A stretch of 64,000 bases of DNA from Longimicrobiales bacterium (lineage in GTDB: Bacteria > Gemmatimonadota > Gemmatimonadetes > Longimicrobiales > Gaopeijiaceae). The notes beneath the pieces are model-generated. The model saw only the letters and a program-made list of their open reading frames with translations, did not search any database and had not been told where the DNA came from. The translations under genes and the position numbers were made by a program. The stretch lies in NCBI GenBank assembly GCA_041690395.1, contig JAWLHJ010000001.1:928001-992000 (forward strand). Reading direction: 5' to 3'. Shown in pieces: positions 12,731-22,840 of the stretch (position 1 is the first letter of the stretch; every line of letters begins with the position of its first letter).

Positions 12731-15313
12731 CTACTCCGAGACCAGCGCCTCCCTGGGCGCGATCCGGGTCGCCTTGGCCGCCGGAGCCCACGTGGCCGCG
12801 AGGGCCGCCACGGCCAGGACGAGGGCAGGGGCCACGAAGTGCACGGGGTGCGTCGCCTCCACGCCGTAGAGGAGCGTCTGTAGGAAGCGGGACAGCCCGA
12901 GGCTCAACGCGACCCCCACGACGATCCCGACGGCCGCGAGGCGCAGCCCCTGACCCAGCACGAGGCGGGCGACGCGCTCGGGCCGGGCGCCGAGCGCGAT
13001 CCTGACGCCGATCTCGCGGGTGCGCCGCTCGACGGAGAAGAGCAGCAGGCCGTAGATGCCAAGCAGCGCGAGCACCAGCGCGACGCCCGCGAACGACCCC
13101 ACGATCAGCAGATTGAAGCCGTACCCGGCCACGCTCTCATCGAACCGATCGCCGAGCGACTCGACCGAGGGGACCGGAAGGCCCGGATCGACGCTCCAGA
13201 CGGCCTCGCGGATCGCGCGCTCGGTTGGCGCCGGGACGTCGGGCCGGAAGCGGACGACCAGATTCACCCAGGGCATCACGCCCGGATCGGGGATGAAGAA
13301 CACCGGCGGCGGTGCGGCTTCGAGCGCGCGATCCTCGACGTCACGGACGACACCGACGACGCGGCGGTAGTTGCGGCCGTCCCACCCCATGCCGATCCGC
13401 TCGCCGACCGCGGTCCGCGGATCGTCGAAGAGAATGCGGGCCATCGCTTCGGTGAGCACGACCACCGGCTCGCCGTCGTCGTCGTAGTCGGAGCCCTCCA
13501 GCGTGCGCCCCGCGAGGGGCGTCAGGGCGGCGGCCTCGAAGAACCCCGGAGACACCGCGCGCCACCGTACGAAGGGCGCGGTTCCCGGCTCGGTCGGGCG
13601 CCCCTCGACGTTGACGTCGATCATCGTGCTCATGCCCGAGAAGGGGAGGACGTTGGTGCTCCCCGCCGCCGACACCCCCGGGACTCCGGAGACCGCGGCC
13701 ACGATCGCGTCCCGCGTGACCCGACGATCCGCCGGGGTGTAGCGATCGCCGGACATCATGAGCGGCACCACCACGGCGTGCTCCGTCGGCAGACCGGGAT
13801 CGACCTCCTGGAGCGCGAGGAAGCTGCGCCCCAGCGCCCCCGCGCCGATGAGCAGGGTGAGCGAGAGGGCGACCTGGCCGGCGACGAGAGCCCCGCGCAG
13901 CCGGTCCCCGCCACCCCCCGTGGTGCGTGCGCCGTCGCGTGCCGAGAGGGCATCGCGCAGAACGTGGAGCACGGGGGCCAGTCCGAAGATCACCGCGGCA
14001 GTGAGGGCCACGGCGGCTGCGAACAGGACGACCGTGCCGCTCACCGCCGCCGCGTCGAGGCGCGGCGTGTCGGGCGGGCTGAGCGCCTGCAGCACGGGAA
14101 GGAACAGGTAGGCGCAGCCGAGACCGAGCGCCGCGCCGATGCCGGCCAGGAGGACGCTCTCGGTCAGGAGTTGCTGGACGAGCCGCCACCGGCCGGCGCC
14201 GAGGGTGGCGCGCAGCGCCATCTCCCGACCGCGTGCCGAAGCTCGGGCCAGGAGGAGGTTCGAGACCGAGGCGCAGGCCATCAGCAGGAGGAGCGCCACG
14301 GCGCCGAGCAGCACGTGTCCGGCCTGGCGCCGCTCGGGCCCTACCCATGCCTCCTTGAGCGGTACGAGTTGGGCGCTCCACCCCTGGTTGGTGGCCGGAT
14401 ACTCACGGGCCAGCGCTTCTGCCTCGGCCCGGATCTCGCGCTCCGCGTCCGCCGGTGCCGCGCCGTCGGCCAGACGCCCCAGCACGGTGTAGTCGTGGTC
14501 CTCGCGGGTCTCGTAGGCCAGCGCGAGCGGGGTCCAGACGTCGACGTCCTCGACCGGCTCCCAGCCTTCGGGCATCACGCCCACGATCTCGTAGGGCACG
14601 TCGTCGAGCAGCAGGGTCGCGCCCGTCACGTCGGCGTCGCCGCCGTACCGCTCCGTCCAGAAGTCGTGGGAAAGCACGACGATCGCCGCTGGCGTCGCGC
14701 CCGATTCCGCGTCGCCGAACGTCCGACCCCGCACGGGCGTGCCGCCGAAGAGCGCGAAGAAGTCCCCGGTCACCATGCCGGACACGACCTGCACGGCCTG
14801 CCCGTCGAGCAAGGTCGCATAGTCGGCTCGGCTGAAGGCCGACAAGTGGTCGAGGCCCTCGAGGCGCTCCCGGTAGTCCCGGTAGTTCATGTCCGAGACG
14901 GTGAACGGCACGCCGCTCGGAGAGATCTCCTGGACCAGGACCAGGCGGTCGGCGTCCGGATAGGGAAGGGGATCGAGCACGACGGCCTTCACCAGCGCGA
15001 AGATCGAGGCGGACGCCCCGATGCCGAGACCCAGCGTGAGCGTGGCGGCCAGGGCGAAGCCGGGGCTCCGCCGGAGCTGGCGGAGCGCGAAGCCGACATC
15101 GGCCACCACGCGGTCCCAGAGCCGTCCCATCGGGGAGCGGCGCGTGTCATGGATGCGCGAGATCTCCCGGCCGATCGCCTCGGCGTCGCCGAACGCCGCC
15201 TCGGCCGTGCGGCGCGCTTCCTCCGGCTCGACCCCCTCCGCGACGAGCCGGTCCGCGCGCTCTTCGATGTGGTGCCGGAGCTCGTCCTCGATGCGCGGAT
15301 CCCGGAACGTCAT
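12731..15313 (-). CDS. ADOP-family duplicated ABC permease (MacB/FtsX-like)
   Basis: IEDELRHH N-terminal prefix, LRRSPGF...LGLGIGA, two MacB-PCD/FtsX halves (REMALRATLGA, REIGVRIALGA); start overlaps the padR stop. Confidence 0.92.
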   Translation of the reverse strand: MTFRDPRIEDELRHHIEERADRLVAEGVEPEEARRTAEAAFGDAEAIGREISRIHDTRRSPMGRLWDRVVADVGFALRQLRRSPGFALAATLTLGLGIGASASIFALVKAVVLDPLPYPDADRLVLVQEISPSGVPFTVSDMNYRDYRERLEGLDHLSAFSRADYATLLDGQAVQVVSGMVTGDFFALFGGTPVRGRTFGDAESGATPAAIVVLSHDFWTERYGGDADVTGATLLLDDVPYEIVGVMPEGWEPVEDVDVWTPLALAYETREDHDYTVLGRLADGAAPADAEREIRAEAEALAREYPATNQGWSAQLVPLKEAWVGPERRQAGHVLLGAVALLLLMACASVSNLLLARASARGREMALRATLGAGRWRLVQQLLTESVLLAGIGAALGLGCAYLFLPVLQALSPPDTPRLDAAAVSGTVVLFAAAVALTAAVIFGLAPVLHVLRDALSARDGARTTGGGGDRLRGALVAGQVALSLTLLIGAGALGRSFLALQEVDPGLPTEHAVVVPLMMSGDRYTPADRRVTRDAIVAAVSGVPGVSAAGSTNVLPFSGMSTMIDVNVEGRPTEPGTAPFVRWRAVSPGFFEAAALTPLAGRTLEGSDYDDDGEPVVVLTEAMARILFDDPRTAVGERIGMGWDGRNYRRVVGVVRDVEDRALEAAPPPVFFIPDPGVMPWVNLVVRFRPDVPAPTERAIREAVWSVDPGLPVPSVESLGDRFDESVAGYGFNLLIVGSFAGVALVLALLGIYGLLLFSVERRTREIGVRIALGARPERVARLVLGQGLRLAAVGIVVGVALSLGLSRFLQTLLYGVEATHPVHFVAPALVLAVAALAATWAPAAKATRIAPREALVSE

Positions 15314-15657
15314 CCGCCGGCTCCCCCTTCCGGCGCGAGCCGCCCGACGGCGGTGACGTAGCGCGCCCAGCGGTCCTCCTCCTCGGCGAGCGCGGTCCGG
15401 CCGTCGGTGGTGAGCGCGTAGTAACGGGCGCGGCGGCCCTTCTCCGAGACACCCCACCGGGACTCGAGCCATCCCCGCTTCTCCATGCGATGTAGCGCGG
15501 GGTAGAGGGCCCCCTCCTCCACCTGGAGCTCTTGTCGCGTGGCGCGGTGGATGTGGTCGAGGATCTCGAAACCGTGCAGCTCCTCATGGCCGGCGAGGGT
15601 GCGCAGCGCGAGGAACTCGAGGGTTCCCTTCAGGACGGCGAGGCTGTCGTCGGGCAT
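15310..15657 (-). CDS. PadR family transcriptional regulator (acidobacterial type)
   Basis: LKGTLE, LHGFEI, EEGALYPALHRME, RRARYYALT. Confidence 0.95.
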   Translation of the reverse strand: MPDDSLAVLKGTLEFLALRTLAGHEELHGFEILDHIHRATRQELQVEEGALYPALHRMEKRGWLESRWGVSEKGRRARYYALTTDGRTALAEEEDRWARYVTAVGRLAPEGGAGG

Positions 15658-15683
15658 GAGAGGCTCATGGGCTGGGTCTGGCG

Positions 15684-15746
15684 TTGACCTAAGACTGTTA
15701 GGTCAATCGCGTGCCCCAAGATGTTGGCCTAAGACAATTAGGTCAA
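15684..15746. promoter_or_regulatory. Two palindromic operators upstream of padR
   Basis: TTGACCTAA-N5-TTAGGTCAA (15684-15706, perfect) and TTGGCCTAA-N5-TTAGGTCAA (15724-15746), 40 bp apart. Confidence 0.8.
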
Positions 15747-15770
15747 CCCTTCGACCGTGCCCGTCGGGGG

Positions 15771-17576
15771 CTACGCCGCCCCTGCCGACACGAACTGGAG
15801 CTCGTGGAGGCGCGCGTAGAGCCCGCCGTGCTCGAGCAGCTCGCCGTGCGTGCCCTGCTCCCGCAGCTCGCCGTGATGGAAGACCAGGATCCGGTCGGCG
15901 TTCTGGACGGTCGAGAGCCTGTGGGCGATCACCAGGGAAGTGCGACCGCGAAGCAGCTCGTCGGTCGCCGTCTCGATCCGGGCCTCGAGCTCCGAGTCCA
16001 CCGAGCTGGTCGCCTCGTCGAGCACCAGGATCTCGGGGTCGAACGCGAGCGCCCGGGCGAAGCTCACGAGCTGGCGTTCTCCGACGGACAGCGTGGAGCC
16101 GCGCTCACCGAGCCGCTGCCCGTAGCCCCCGTCGAGACGCTCGATGAACGCTCCGGCCCCCACGCGCTCGGCGGCCGCCTCGACCTCTTCGTCGCCGATC
16201 TCCGTGTCACCGAGCCGGATGTTGTAGCCCACGTCCTCGCTGAAGAGGAAGACGTCCTGGAGCACGAGCCCGATCCGGGCGCGCAACATGTCGATCCGCA
16301 GCCTGTCGATGGGCACCCCGTCGAGCAGGATCCGGCCCCGGTCCACGTCGTAGAAGCGCATCAGCAGATTGATGAGCGTGGTCTTGCCCGCACCCGTGTG
16401 GCCCACGATCGCGACCTTTTCGCCGGGCTCGACCACGAAGCTCACGCCCTTCAGCACCCAGTCCGGCTCGCCGTCTTCGGTCTTCCCGTAGGCGAACCAC
16501 ACATCCTCGAAATCGATGCGCCCGTGCGCGTCGGCCGGGAAGTCGAGCGCCTCCCGGGGATCGACGATGTCGATCTCCTCGTCGAGCAGCTTGAACACGC
16601 GCTCCGACGACGCCATCGCGCTCTGCAGCAGGTTGTACTTCTCGGACAGGTCCTGGATGGGACGGAAGAAGCGCCGCGCGTACTGCAGGAAAGCCGCCAC
16701 GACGCCGATCGTGACGACGCCGTCCAGGACGCGGAGCCCGCCGTACCAGATCGTCAGGGCCAGCGCCAACGCCGTGAAGAATTCGATGACCGGGAAGAAG
16801 AGCGCGTAGTACGTGATCGACTTCAGATGCGCCTCCAGGTGGTCCTCGTTGAGCGCCTCGTGCCGCTTCTGGTCGGCGTCCTCACGGTTGAAGAGCTGGA
16901 CGATGCTCATCCCCGTGATACGCTCGTGGATGAACGCGTTCAGGCGCGCGAGCCGCACCCGGATGTCGCGGTACGCCTCGCGGATGCGGGCTCGGAAGAG
17001 GAAGGCCGCGAAGAATACGAGCGGGAGCACGCTGAAGGCGACCAATGCCAGCTTCCAGTTCATGGACAGCATCGCGATCACGATGAACACCAGCGTGAAC
17101 ACGTCGCCGAAGGCCGAGACCACGCCCGAGCTGAACAGCGTGTTCAGCGTCTCGACGTCGTTCGTGATGCGCGTCATGAGCCGCCCGACCGGGTTCCGGT
17201 CGTAGTAGCGGAGGTCGGCACGCTGGAGCTTCTCGAAGATCTCCGTGCGCAGGTCGTACATCACCGACTGGCCGATCCAGGTGGTGAGGATGTCCTGCGC
17301 GTACTCGAGGAAGAACGCGAGCACCGTCACGCCGATGAAGGCCGCGGCCAGGCGGCCGAGGTAGCCGACATCGGCCTGGGGGATGGCGACGTCGATGACG
17401 AGCTGAGTGATCCACGGCCCGACGATCTGCGCCGCCGAGGCCAGCGTCAGCACGAGCACGGCTGCCGCGACCTGCCACCGATACGGGCGGAGGTAACGCA
17501 GCAGCCGGCGCATCAGGCGGGCGTCGTACGCCTTCCCGAGCGCTTCTTCTTCCTGGAGGTGACCCGGGAGCGCCAT
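15771..17576 (-). CDS. ABC exporter, fused permease/ATP-binding protein (YheH-like)
   Basis: TM domain, GHTGAGKT, LSVGERQ, LVLDEATS, IAHRL. Confidence 0.95.
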   Translation of the reverse strand: MALPGHLQEEEALGKAYDARLMRRLLRYLRPYRWQVAAAVLVLTLASAAQIVGPWITQLVIDVAIPQADVGYLGRLAAAFIGVTVLAFFLEYAQDILTTWIGQSVMYDLRTEIFEKLQRADLRYYDRNPVGRLMTRITNDVETLNTLFSSGVVSAFGDVFTLVFIVIAMLSMNWKLALVAFSVLPLVFFAAFLFRARIREAYRDIRVRLARLNAFIHERITGMSIVQLFNREDADQKRHEALNEDHLEAHLKSITYYALFFPVIEFFTALALALTIWYGGLRVLDGVVTIGVVAAFLQYARRFFRPIQDLSEKYNLLQSAMASSERVFKLLDEEIDIVDPREALDFPADAHGRIDFEDVWFAYGKTEDGEPDWVLKGVSFVVEPGEKVAIVGHTGAGKTTLINLLMRFYDVDRGRILLDGVPIDRLRIDMLRARIGLVLQDVFLFSEDVGYNIRLGDTEIGDEEVEAAAERVGAGAFIERLDGGYGQRLGERGSTLSVGERQLVSFARALAFDPEILVLDEATSSVDSELEARIETATDELLRGRTSLVIAHRLSTVQNADRILVFHHGELREQGTHGELLEHGGLYARLHELQFVSAGAA

Positions 17577-17616
17577 GGCGGGAGGCTACACCGGGGGTGG
17601 GGCGGGGTTTCCGTCG

Positions 17617-20016
17617 TCACTCGGCGCGGAGGGCCTCCCGCGGGTCGGCGCGGGTGGCACGCCTTGCCGGCACGGCGCTGGCGGCCGCCGCCACCAGTAT
17701 CAGGAGGAGGCCGACCCCGGCGAAGGTGACGGGATCGAGAGGCGCCACGCCGATGAGCAGCCCGGACACGAGCCGGCTGGAGAGGCCCGCCAGGAGCAAC
17801 CCCACGAGGACGGCCGCCACGGTCAGCCGGACGCCGCCTGCCACCGTATCCCGGAACACGCGCGCCGGACGCGCACCGAGGGCGACCCGGATGCCCATCT
17901 CCCTCGTTCGGCGCGCCACGTCGAAGTGGAGGAGCCCGTAAAGGCCGGTCCCTGCGAACACCAGGCCGATAAGGCCGAACACGCCGATGAGCCACGCCGC
18001 GAAGCGCTGGGGAAACAGCGTGAGGCCGACGACGTCCTCGAGCGGTTGGACTGCCTGCAACGCGATATCCGGGTCGAGTTGCCGCACGATCTCGCGGACC
18101 TCCTGGATCACCGTTGCGTGGGGGAGTGCCGATCGGACGTGGAGCGTCCGGCGCGGTACCGGCGATTGGGCCGTGGCCCGGAAGACGTAGGGGCTCGCCC
18201 GTTCGCCGATACTGGCGTATCGCCCGTCCCGTACGACGCCCACTACCTCGAACGTTCCGCCTCCCGTCATCCTCCGACCGATGGGGCTGCGGCCAGGCCA
18301 GAGGCGTTGGGCCAGCGTCTCGTTCACGATGGCCACCGCCGGCGCGTCCGGTCCATCGGCGGGCGAGAACGCTCGCCCAGCCACGAGCTCGATGCCCAGC
18401 GCGTCGAAGTATCCGGGTCCGACCAGGTTGAACGCGCTGTTCACACGGGCCGCGTCGTCGGTCTGGTCGGCGGCGCGCATATCGTTGGAGGACCGCCCGT
18501 AGGTGGCGCCGAGGAGGACCGTGCTCGCGATCGTGGCGTCGGACACGCCGGGGACCGCGCGGACCCGTTCCCCGAGTTCTTCGAAGAAGATCCGGGCCTG
18601 CTCCTGGCTGTAGTCGTGCGCCGAGAGGTCGATCTGGGCGAGAGACACGCCCCTGGGATCGAACCCGAGATCGACCGCCGACGCTTCCCGGAGCGTGCGT
18701 ACGAAGAGCCCGGAGGTCACGAGCAGCAAGACGCTGAGCGCGACCTGGGCACGTACGAAGAGGCGCCACCCGCGAGCGTCGCGCGGCGTGCCCGTGGTCC
18801 CGCTCTTGAGATGGGGAAGCAGCTCGCCCCGCGATGCCGCCAGTGCGGGAACGAGGCCGAACAATGAGCCGACGATCGCGGTGGCCAGGACGCCCAGGAC
18901 CACGGTTGCCGCGTCCGGAGCGAGGTCGAGCGCAAGGTCGAAGCCCAGGGGGACACGCGTGGCCTGGAGGACCTCGGCGGACCGCACACCGAGGATGATC
19001 CCGAGGCCACCGCCGACGGCGAAGAGGACGAGCACCTCGGCCATCGATCCCCAGACGATTCGGGCTCGTCCCGCACCGAGCGCGAGTCGGACCGCCGTCT
19101 CTCTACGGCGCGCAATTCCTCGGGCGAGCAGCATGCCCGCGATGTTGGCCGCGGCCATGACCAGCACGAGGAGTCCGGTTCCGACCAGCAGGGCCAGGAA
19201 GCCGCCGACGGGACCTTCGGCCCCGGGCGGGAGGCCTGTCAGCCGCGGCATCTCCGCCCCCCGGACCGTGGTCTGGGGCTGGAGCGGAGGGATGTTGGTC
19301 GCGGCGGTTCGTACTGCGGTGAGGGCCGTCTCCGGAGGGGTACCCGGCGCGAGGCGGCCGATCATCGTCACCCACGGCCCGTCCTCGTAGGCTTCGAAAG
19401 GGACCCAGATGTCGGCGGGGAGGCCGTGCGTCGTCCCCTGGAAGTCCGGGGGCGCGACGCCGACCACCGCGTAGGATCGACCATCCACCCTGACGCTGGC
19501 GCCGACGGCCTCCGGGTCACCGGCGAAGCGCGTCCGCCAGAAGCGGTGGCCAAGCACCACCGACGGCTCGCCGTCCGATCCGAAGAACCGACCGGCGGCG
19601 GGGACCAGGCCGAGGACGTCGAAGTAGTCACCGGAGACCAGGTATCCCGTGACCGGCACCGCCCCCTCGGGCGTGGAGAACGAGAAGCCGCCGGGGAGCC
19701 GGTACGCCTCCGCCGCAACACCCTCGAAGGGTCCATCCAGGAGGTCGCGGTACGCCAGGTAGCGCGGCCACGGGACCGCATCCACGCCGAGGGGCTGCGA
19801 CGTGGCGCCGCTCCTCAGCTCGTCGATCAGGTGGAGGGTTCCCGGCTCCGCGACCGGGAGGGGTCTGGCGACGAGGGCGTTCCGGACGCTGAGCATCGCC
19901 GTGGTCGCGGCCGTCCCGAGCGCGATGGTCAGGATCGAGACGACGAAGAGCGTGGGGTGCCGCATGAGCGAGTGGACCGCGCGGCGGGCGTCCGTCCAGA
20001 GGGAGGAAAGATCCAT
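17617..20016 (-). CDS. ADOP-family duplicated ABC permease
   Basis: Two MacB-PCD/FtsX halves (RETAVRLALGA, REMGIRVALGA), C-terminal DPREALRAE; start 20016 or 20025. Confidence 0.9.
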   Translation of the reverse strand: MDLSSLWTDARRAVHSLMRHPTLFVVSILTIALGTAATTAMLSVRNALVARPLPVAEPGTLHLIDELRSGATSQPLGVDAVPWPRYLAYRDLLDGPFEGVAAEAYRLPGGFSFSTPEGAVPVTGYLVSGDYFDVLGLVPAAGRFFGSDGEPSVVLGHRFWRTRFAGDPEAVGASVRVDGRSYAVVGVAPPDFQGTTHGLPADIWVPFEAYEDGPWVTMIGRLAPGTPPETALTAVRTAATNIPPLQPQTTVRGAEMPRLTGLPPGAEGPVGGFLALLVGTGLLVLVMAAANIAGMLLARGIARRRETAVRLALGAGRARIVWGSMAEVLVLFAVGGGLGIILGVRSAEVLQATRVPLGFDLALDLAPDAATVVLGVLATAIVGSLFGLVPALAASRGELLPHLKSGTTGTPRDARGWRLFVRAQVALSVLLLVTSGLFVRTLREASAVDLGFDPRGVSLAQIDLSAHDYSQEQARIFFEELGERVRAVPGVSDATIASTVLLGATYGRSSNDMRAADQTDDAARVNSAFNLVGPGYFDALGIELVAGRAFSPADGPDAPAVAIVNETLAQRLWPGRSPIGRRMTGGGTFEVVGVVRDGRYASIGERASPYVFRATAQSPVPRRTLHVRSALPHATVIQEVREIVRQLDPDIALQAVQPLEDVVGLTLFPQRFAAWLIGVFGLIGLVFAGTGLYGLLHFDVARRTREMGIRVALGARPARVFRDTVAGGVRLTVAAVLVGLLLAGLSSRLVSGLLIGVAPLDPVTFAGVGLLLILVAAAASAVPARRATRADPREALRAE

Positions 20017-20116
20017 GGCACGCATGTTCGGCGTCCGGGCCGTGCTCCGGCGGAGCACCAAGCCCCGCTCGCCCACGGTGGGCGGTGCGGGGCGGAGGCG
20101 CAACGTGATCGGGCGG

Positions 20117-20914
20117 CTACCCCCCTGCGTTCGCTCGAATCGCCCGCGCCACGAAGCTCGCGAGCCCTTCCGCCCGCTCCTCGTAGTGCCGGCGGAACCG
20201 CTCGTCCGCCTCGTACGTGTCGGCCAACCCGACGTGCATCTCAGGGCTGCACGGGTAGAACCAACTGTCGATGTGGAGGCGCATGGCCTCGGCACCGGCG
20301 CGGGCCTTCTCGCCCTCGGGGTCCTCACCCGCCTCCATCAGCCAGGCCATGTGCTCCTCCTGGGCGGCCGCTTCGGCCTTGATCTTCTCCCAGTCGGCCC
20401 TGGAATGGCTCCGTGCCCGGCGCATCGATTCGGCGTAGGCGTCGGTCTTGCCCCACTGCTCGTGCGCTTCCTCCGCGTGCTCCCGATGGTGGGCGCGCAC
20501 GTCGTCCGGCGCGTTCCGGAGGTCCTCGAACCCGTCGAACATCTCCTTCGTCGTCATCTTCGTCCCTTTGTTCATGGTGTCCAGCATGCGGTCGACGGCA
20601 CGGATGACCGCCTCCGTCCGCTCACGCCGCTCGACGAGGAGGGCGCGCTGCGCCTCCAACTCGGTCCGTCGATCGACCGAGGGCTCGTCGAGCATTCGCC
20701 TGATCGCGTCGAGGCCGAACCCGAGCTCCTTGTACAGCAGGATCTGGTGTAGTCGATCGAGATCCGGCTCGGCGTACAGCCGGTAGCCCGAGGGCGTGCG
20801 GCCCGACGGCTCGAGCAGACCGATCTCGTCGTAGTGGTGGAGCGTTCGGACCGACACGTGCGCCAGCTCCGACACCTCGCCCACCGTCCACGCGGTCGCC
20901 TCCTCGGTGTCCAC
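20117..20914 (-). CDS. TipA-like MerR family regulator with C-terminal TipAS ligand-binding domain
   Basis: VSVRTLHHYDEIGLL, SGYRLY, YKELGF HTH; C-terminal EAHEQWGKTDAY and WFYPCS...Y.ADERF. Confidence 0.92.
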   Translation of the reverse strand: MDTEEATAWTVGEVSELAHVSVRTLHHYDEIGLLEPSGRTPSGYRLYAEPDLDRLHQILLYKELGFGLDAIRRMLDEPSVDRRTELEAQRALLVERRERTEAVIRAVDRMLDTMNKGTKMTTKEMFDGFEDLRNAPDDVRAHHREHAEEAHEQWGKTDAYAESMRRARSHSRADWEKIKAEAAAQEEHMAWLMEAGEDPEGEKARAGAEAMRLHIDSWFYPCSPEMHVGLADTYEADERFRRHYEERAEGLASFVARAIRANAGG

Positions 20915-20965
20915 GGCTGTCTCCTTGGGTGTTGTTCGGCGTGTTGCGGTGACTCTTGGAGGGAT

Positions 20966-20996
20966 ACCATGGCGCCTCACGTAACGTGAGGGTCAA
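20966..20996 (-). promoter_or_regulatory. MerR-type promoter with operator palindrome
   Basis: -35 TTGACC (20996-20991), 19-bp spacer, -10-like CATGGT; dyad CCTCACGT-N-ACGTGAGG at 20975-20991. Confidence 0.85.
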
Positions 20997-21086
20997 GGGG
21001 ACCCGGGCGAACGTGGGCCGGCCAGTCCGGACTCGCTACCTTTTCGCTCAGAAGCTCGCACGCAACGACACACGGAGGAGGGGAGG

Positions 21087-21632
21087 ATGGCGATGATGTG
21101 GCGTACGCTCGTTCCGTTGGTGGCCGCGGCCGCGCTCATGGTGGTGCCCACCGGCGCCGTCGCTCAGGACACGGCTGCCCATCCCGACGACGTTTCGACG
21201 CTCGACGGCATCATCGAGACGCTCTACGCCGTGATCTCGGGGCCGGCCGGAGAGGCGCGCGACTGGGAGCGGTTCCACACGCTGTTCATCCCGGAAGGCG
21301 CGCGCCTCGTGCCGTCCGGGCGTGGCCCCGAGGGCCAGGCGGGCTACCAGGTCTGGACGCCGCAGGAGTACGCGGAGCGTGCGGGTCCGCAGCTCGAGTC
21401 GGGCGGCTTTTTCGAGCGCGAGATCGGGCGGGTGACCGAGCGGTTCGGCAACGTCGTGCACGTGTTCAGCGCGTACGATTCGAAGCGCACGCTCGAGGAC
21501 CCCGAGCCGTTCGCGCGTGGCATCAACTCGATCCAACTCTTCCACGACGGCTCGCGCTATTGGATCGTGACGATCTTCTGGGATTCCGAGCGGCCGGACA
21601 ATCCGCTTCCGACGCGGTACCTGGGCGGCTGA
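21087..21632 (+). CDS. Secreted conserved hypothetical protein (NTF2-like fold likely)
   Basis: Signal peptide (AVA-Q), LYAVISGPAG..RDW, RGINSIQL, WDSE; RBS GGAGG. Confidence 0.8.
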   Translation: MAMMWRTLVPLVAAAALMVVPTGAVAQDTAAHPDDVSTLDGIIETLYAVISGPAGEARDWERFHTLFIPEGARLVPSGRGPEGQAGYQVWTPQEYAERAGPQLESGGFFEREIGRVTERFGNVVHVFSAYDSKRTLEDPEPFARGINSIQLFHDGSRYWIVTIFWDSERPDNPLPTRYLGG

Positions 21633-21684
21633 GGGCGCGCCCCTCCCCGTGCGTGCGGCGCCGCCCGGGCCCGAGGGTCCCGCG

Positions 21685-22830
21685 CTAACCGACGAGCTCG
21701 TACACCCTGACGCGCTCGACGCCCAGGTCGTCCCGGTGGATGCCCAGCACCGTGCGGCCGGTCGCGTCCATGGGCGCGAAGCCGACGGGCAGCTCGACCT
21801 CGGTGACGACCCGCCCGCCCGCCTCGACGACCGTCCACAGCCCGCCGGCCATGGCGCCGCTCCGCAGGAGCGCGGCGTCGGTGGCGGGCTCGTAGTGCTT
21901 CAGCCAGATCCGTCCGTCGCGGTCGACCATGCTCTCCGAGATCACGGGCACCGGTTCTTCGGCGACACCGGGCGCGACGTCCTCGATCCACTCCGAGCGG
22001 TCGCGGGCCGCCAGCTCGACACGGAGCACGCGCCACGCCGCGTCGAGGTCGGGCCGTTGGATCGAGAGCCGGATCTGCCGCGCGACCCGGCCGTCGGCCC
22101 CCAGCACGTCCACTACCGGCTCGGTACCGTCCGTCACGTAGACCGAGTCGTCGAGCAACCACGCGTGCATGAACGGTGAGAACGGCACCACGGCCGTGCC
22201 GCCGGCCCTGCGGATCCCCGGCACCGTGTCGACCACCGCCACCAGCGACCCGTCCGAGGCGTAACGGCCGATGACCATCCGGTCCGGCACGATTTCGCTG
22301 CCCCCTCGTGGCGGCGGGACCAGCGACGCGACGGCCGCGCCGCCGTCGGCGTACGTGCCCAGGAAGACCTCGGGCCACCCGCCAGCGGGCTCGAACGAGG
22401 TCGTCCCGACGAGCGTGCCGTCCCTCAGAAACCGTGTCAGGCGGAGCGTCGAGATGTCGTACGCCGCGAGCGTGTCGGGTGGAAGCACCGTCAGGTGGTT
22501 GATGTCCCCGAACTCGCCGGGCCCCTCACCGGGCCCGCCCATCGAGACGACGTAGCGCCCCTCGGCGTCGTACACCCGGATCGCGCGACTCGAGAACTCC
22601 GACACCGCGAACGCGCCGTCCGGCAAGAGGCGCACGCCGGTGATCCGCGAGAAGAGATAGCGAGGGTCGCCGTCGATCTCGCCGACGTCGAGCACGGGCT
22701 CGGGGCTCGTGGTCCAGCGCCCCGGCGCGGTGGTCTCCGAGGGCGCGCCGCCGTCGGAACACGCCGCCAGGCCGGCGAGCAGGAGTCCCATGACGAGGGG
22801 GGGACGGGCGGCATCTCCGATTCGCGACAC
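21685..22830 (-). CDS. 6-bladed beta-propeller lipoprotein
   Basis: Lipobox LAAC, GGPGEGPGEF motif, C-terminal RDDLGVERVRVY; GTG at 22830 with AAGGAG RBS. Confidence 0.8.
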   Translation of the reverse strand: MSRIGDAARPPLVMGLLLAGLAACSDGGAPSETTAPGRWTTSPEPVLDVGEIDGDPRYLFSRITGVRLLPDGAFAVSEFSSRAIRVYDAEGRYVVSMGGPGEGPGEFGDINHLTVLPPDTLAAYDISTLRLTRFLRDGTLVGTTSFEPAGGWPEVFLGTYADGGAAVASLVPPPRGGSEIVPDRMVIGRYASDGSLVAVVDTVPGIRRAGGTAVVPFSPFMHAWLLDDSVYVTDGTEPVVDVLGADGRVARQIRLSIQRPDLDAAWRVLRVELAARDRSEWIEDVAPGVAEEPVPVISESMVDRDGRIWLKHYEPATDAALLRSGAMAGGLWTVVEAGGRVVTEVELPVGFAPMDATGRTVLGIHRDDLGVERVRVYELVG

Positions 22831-22840
22831 GGGATCTCCT

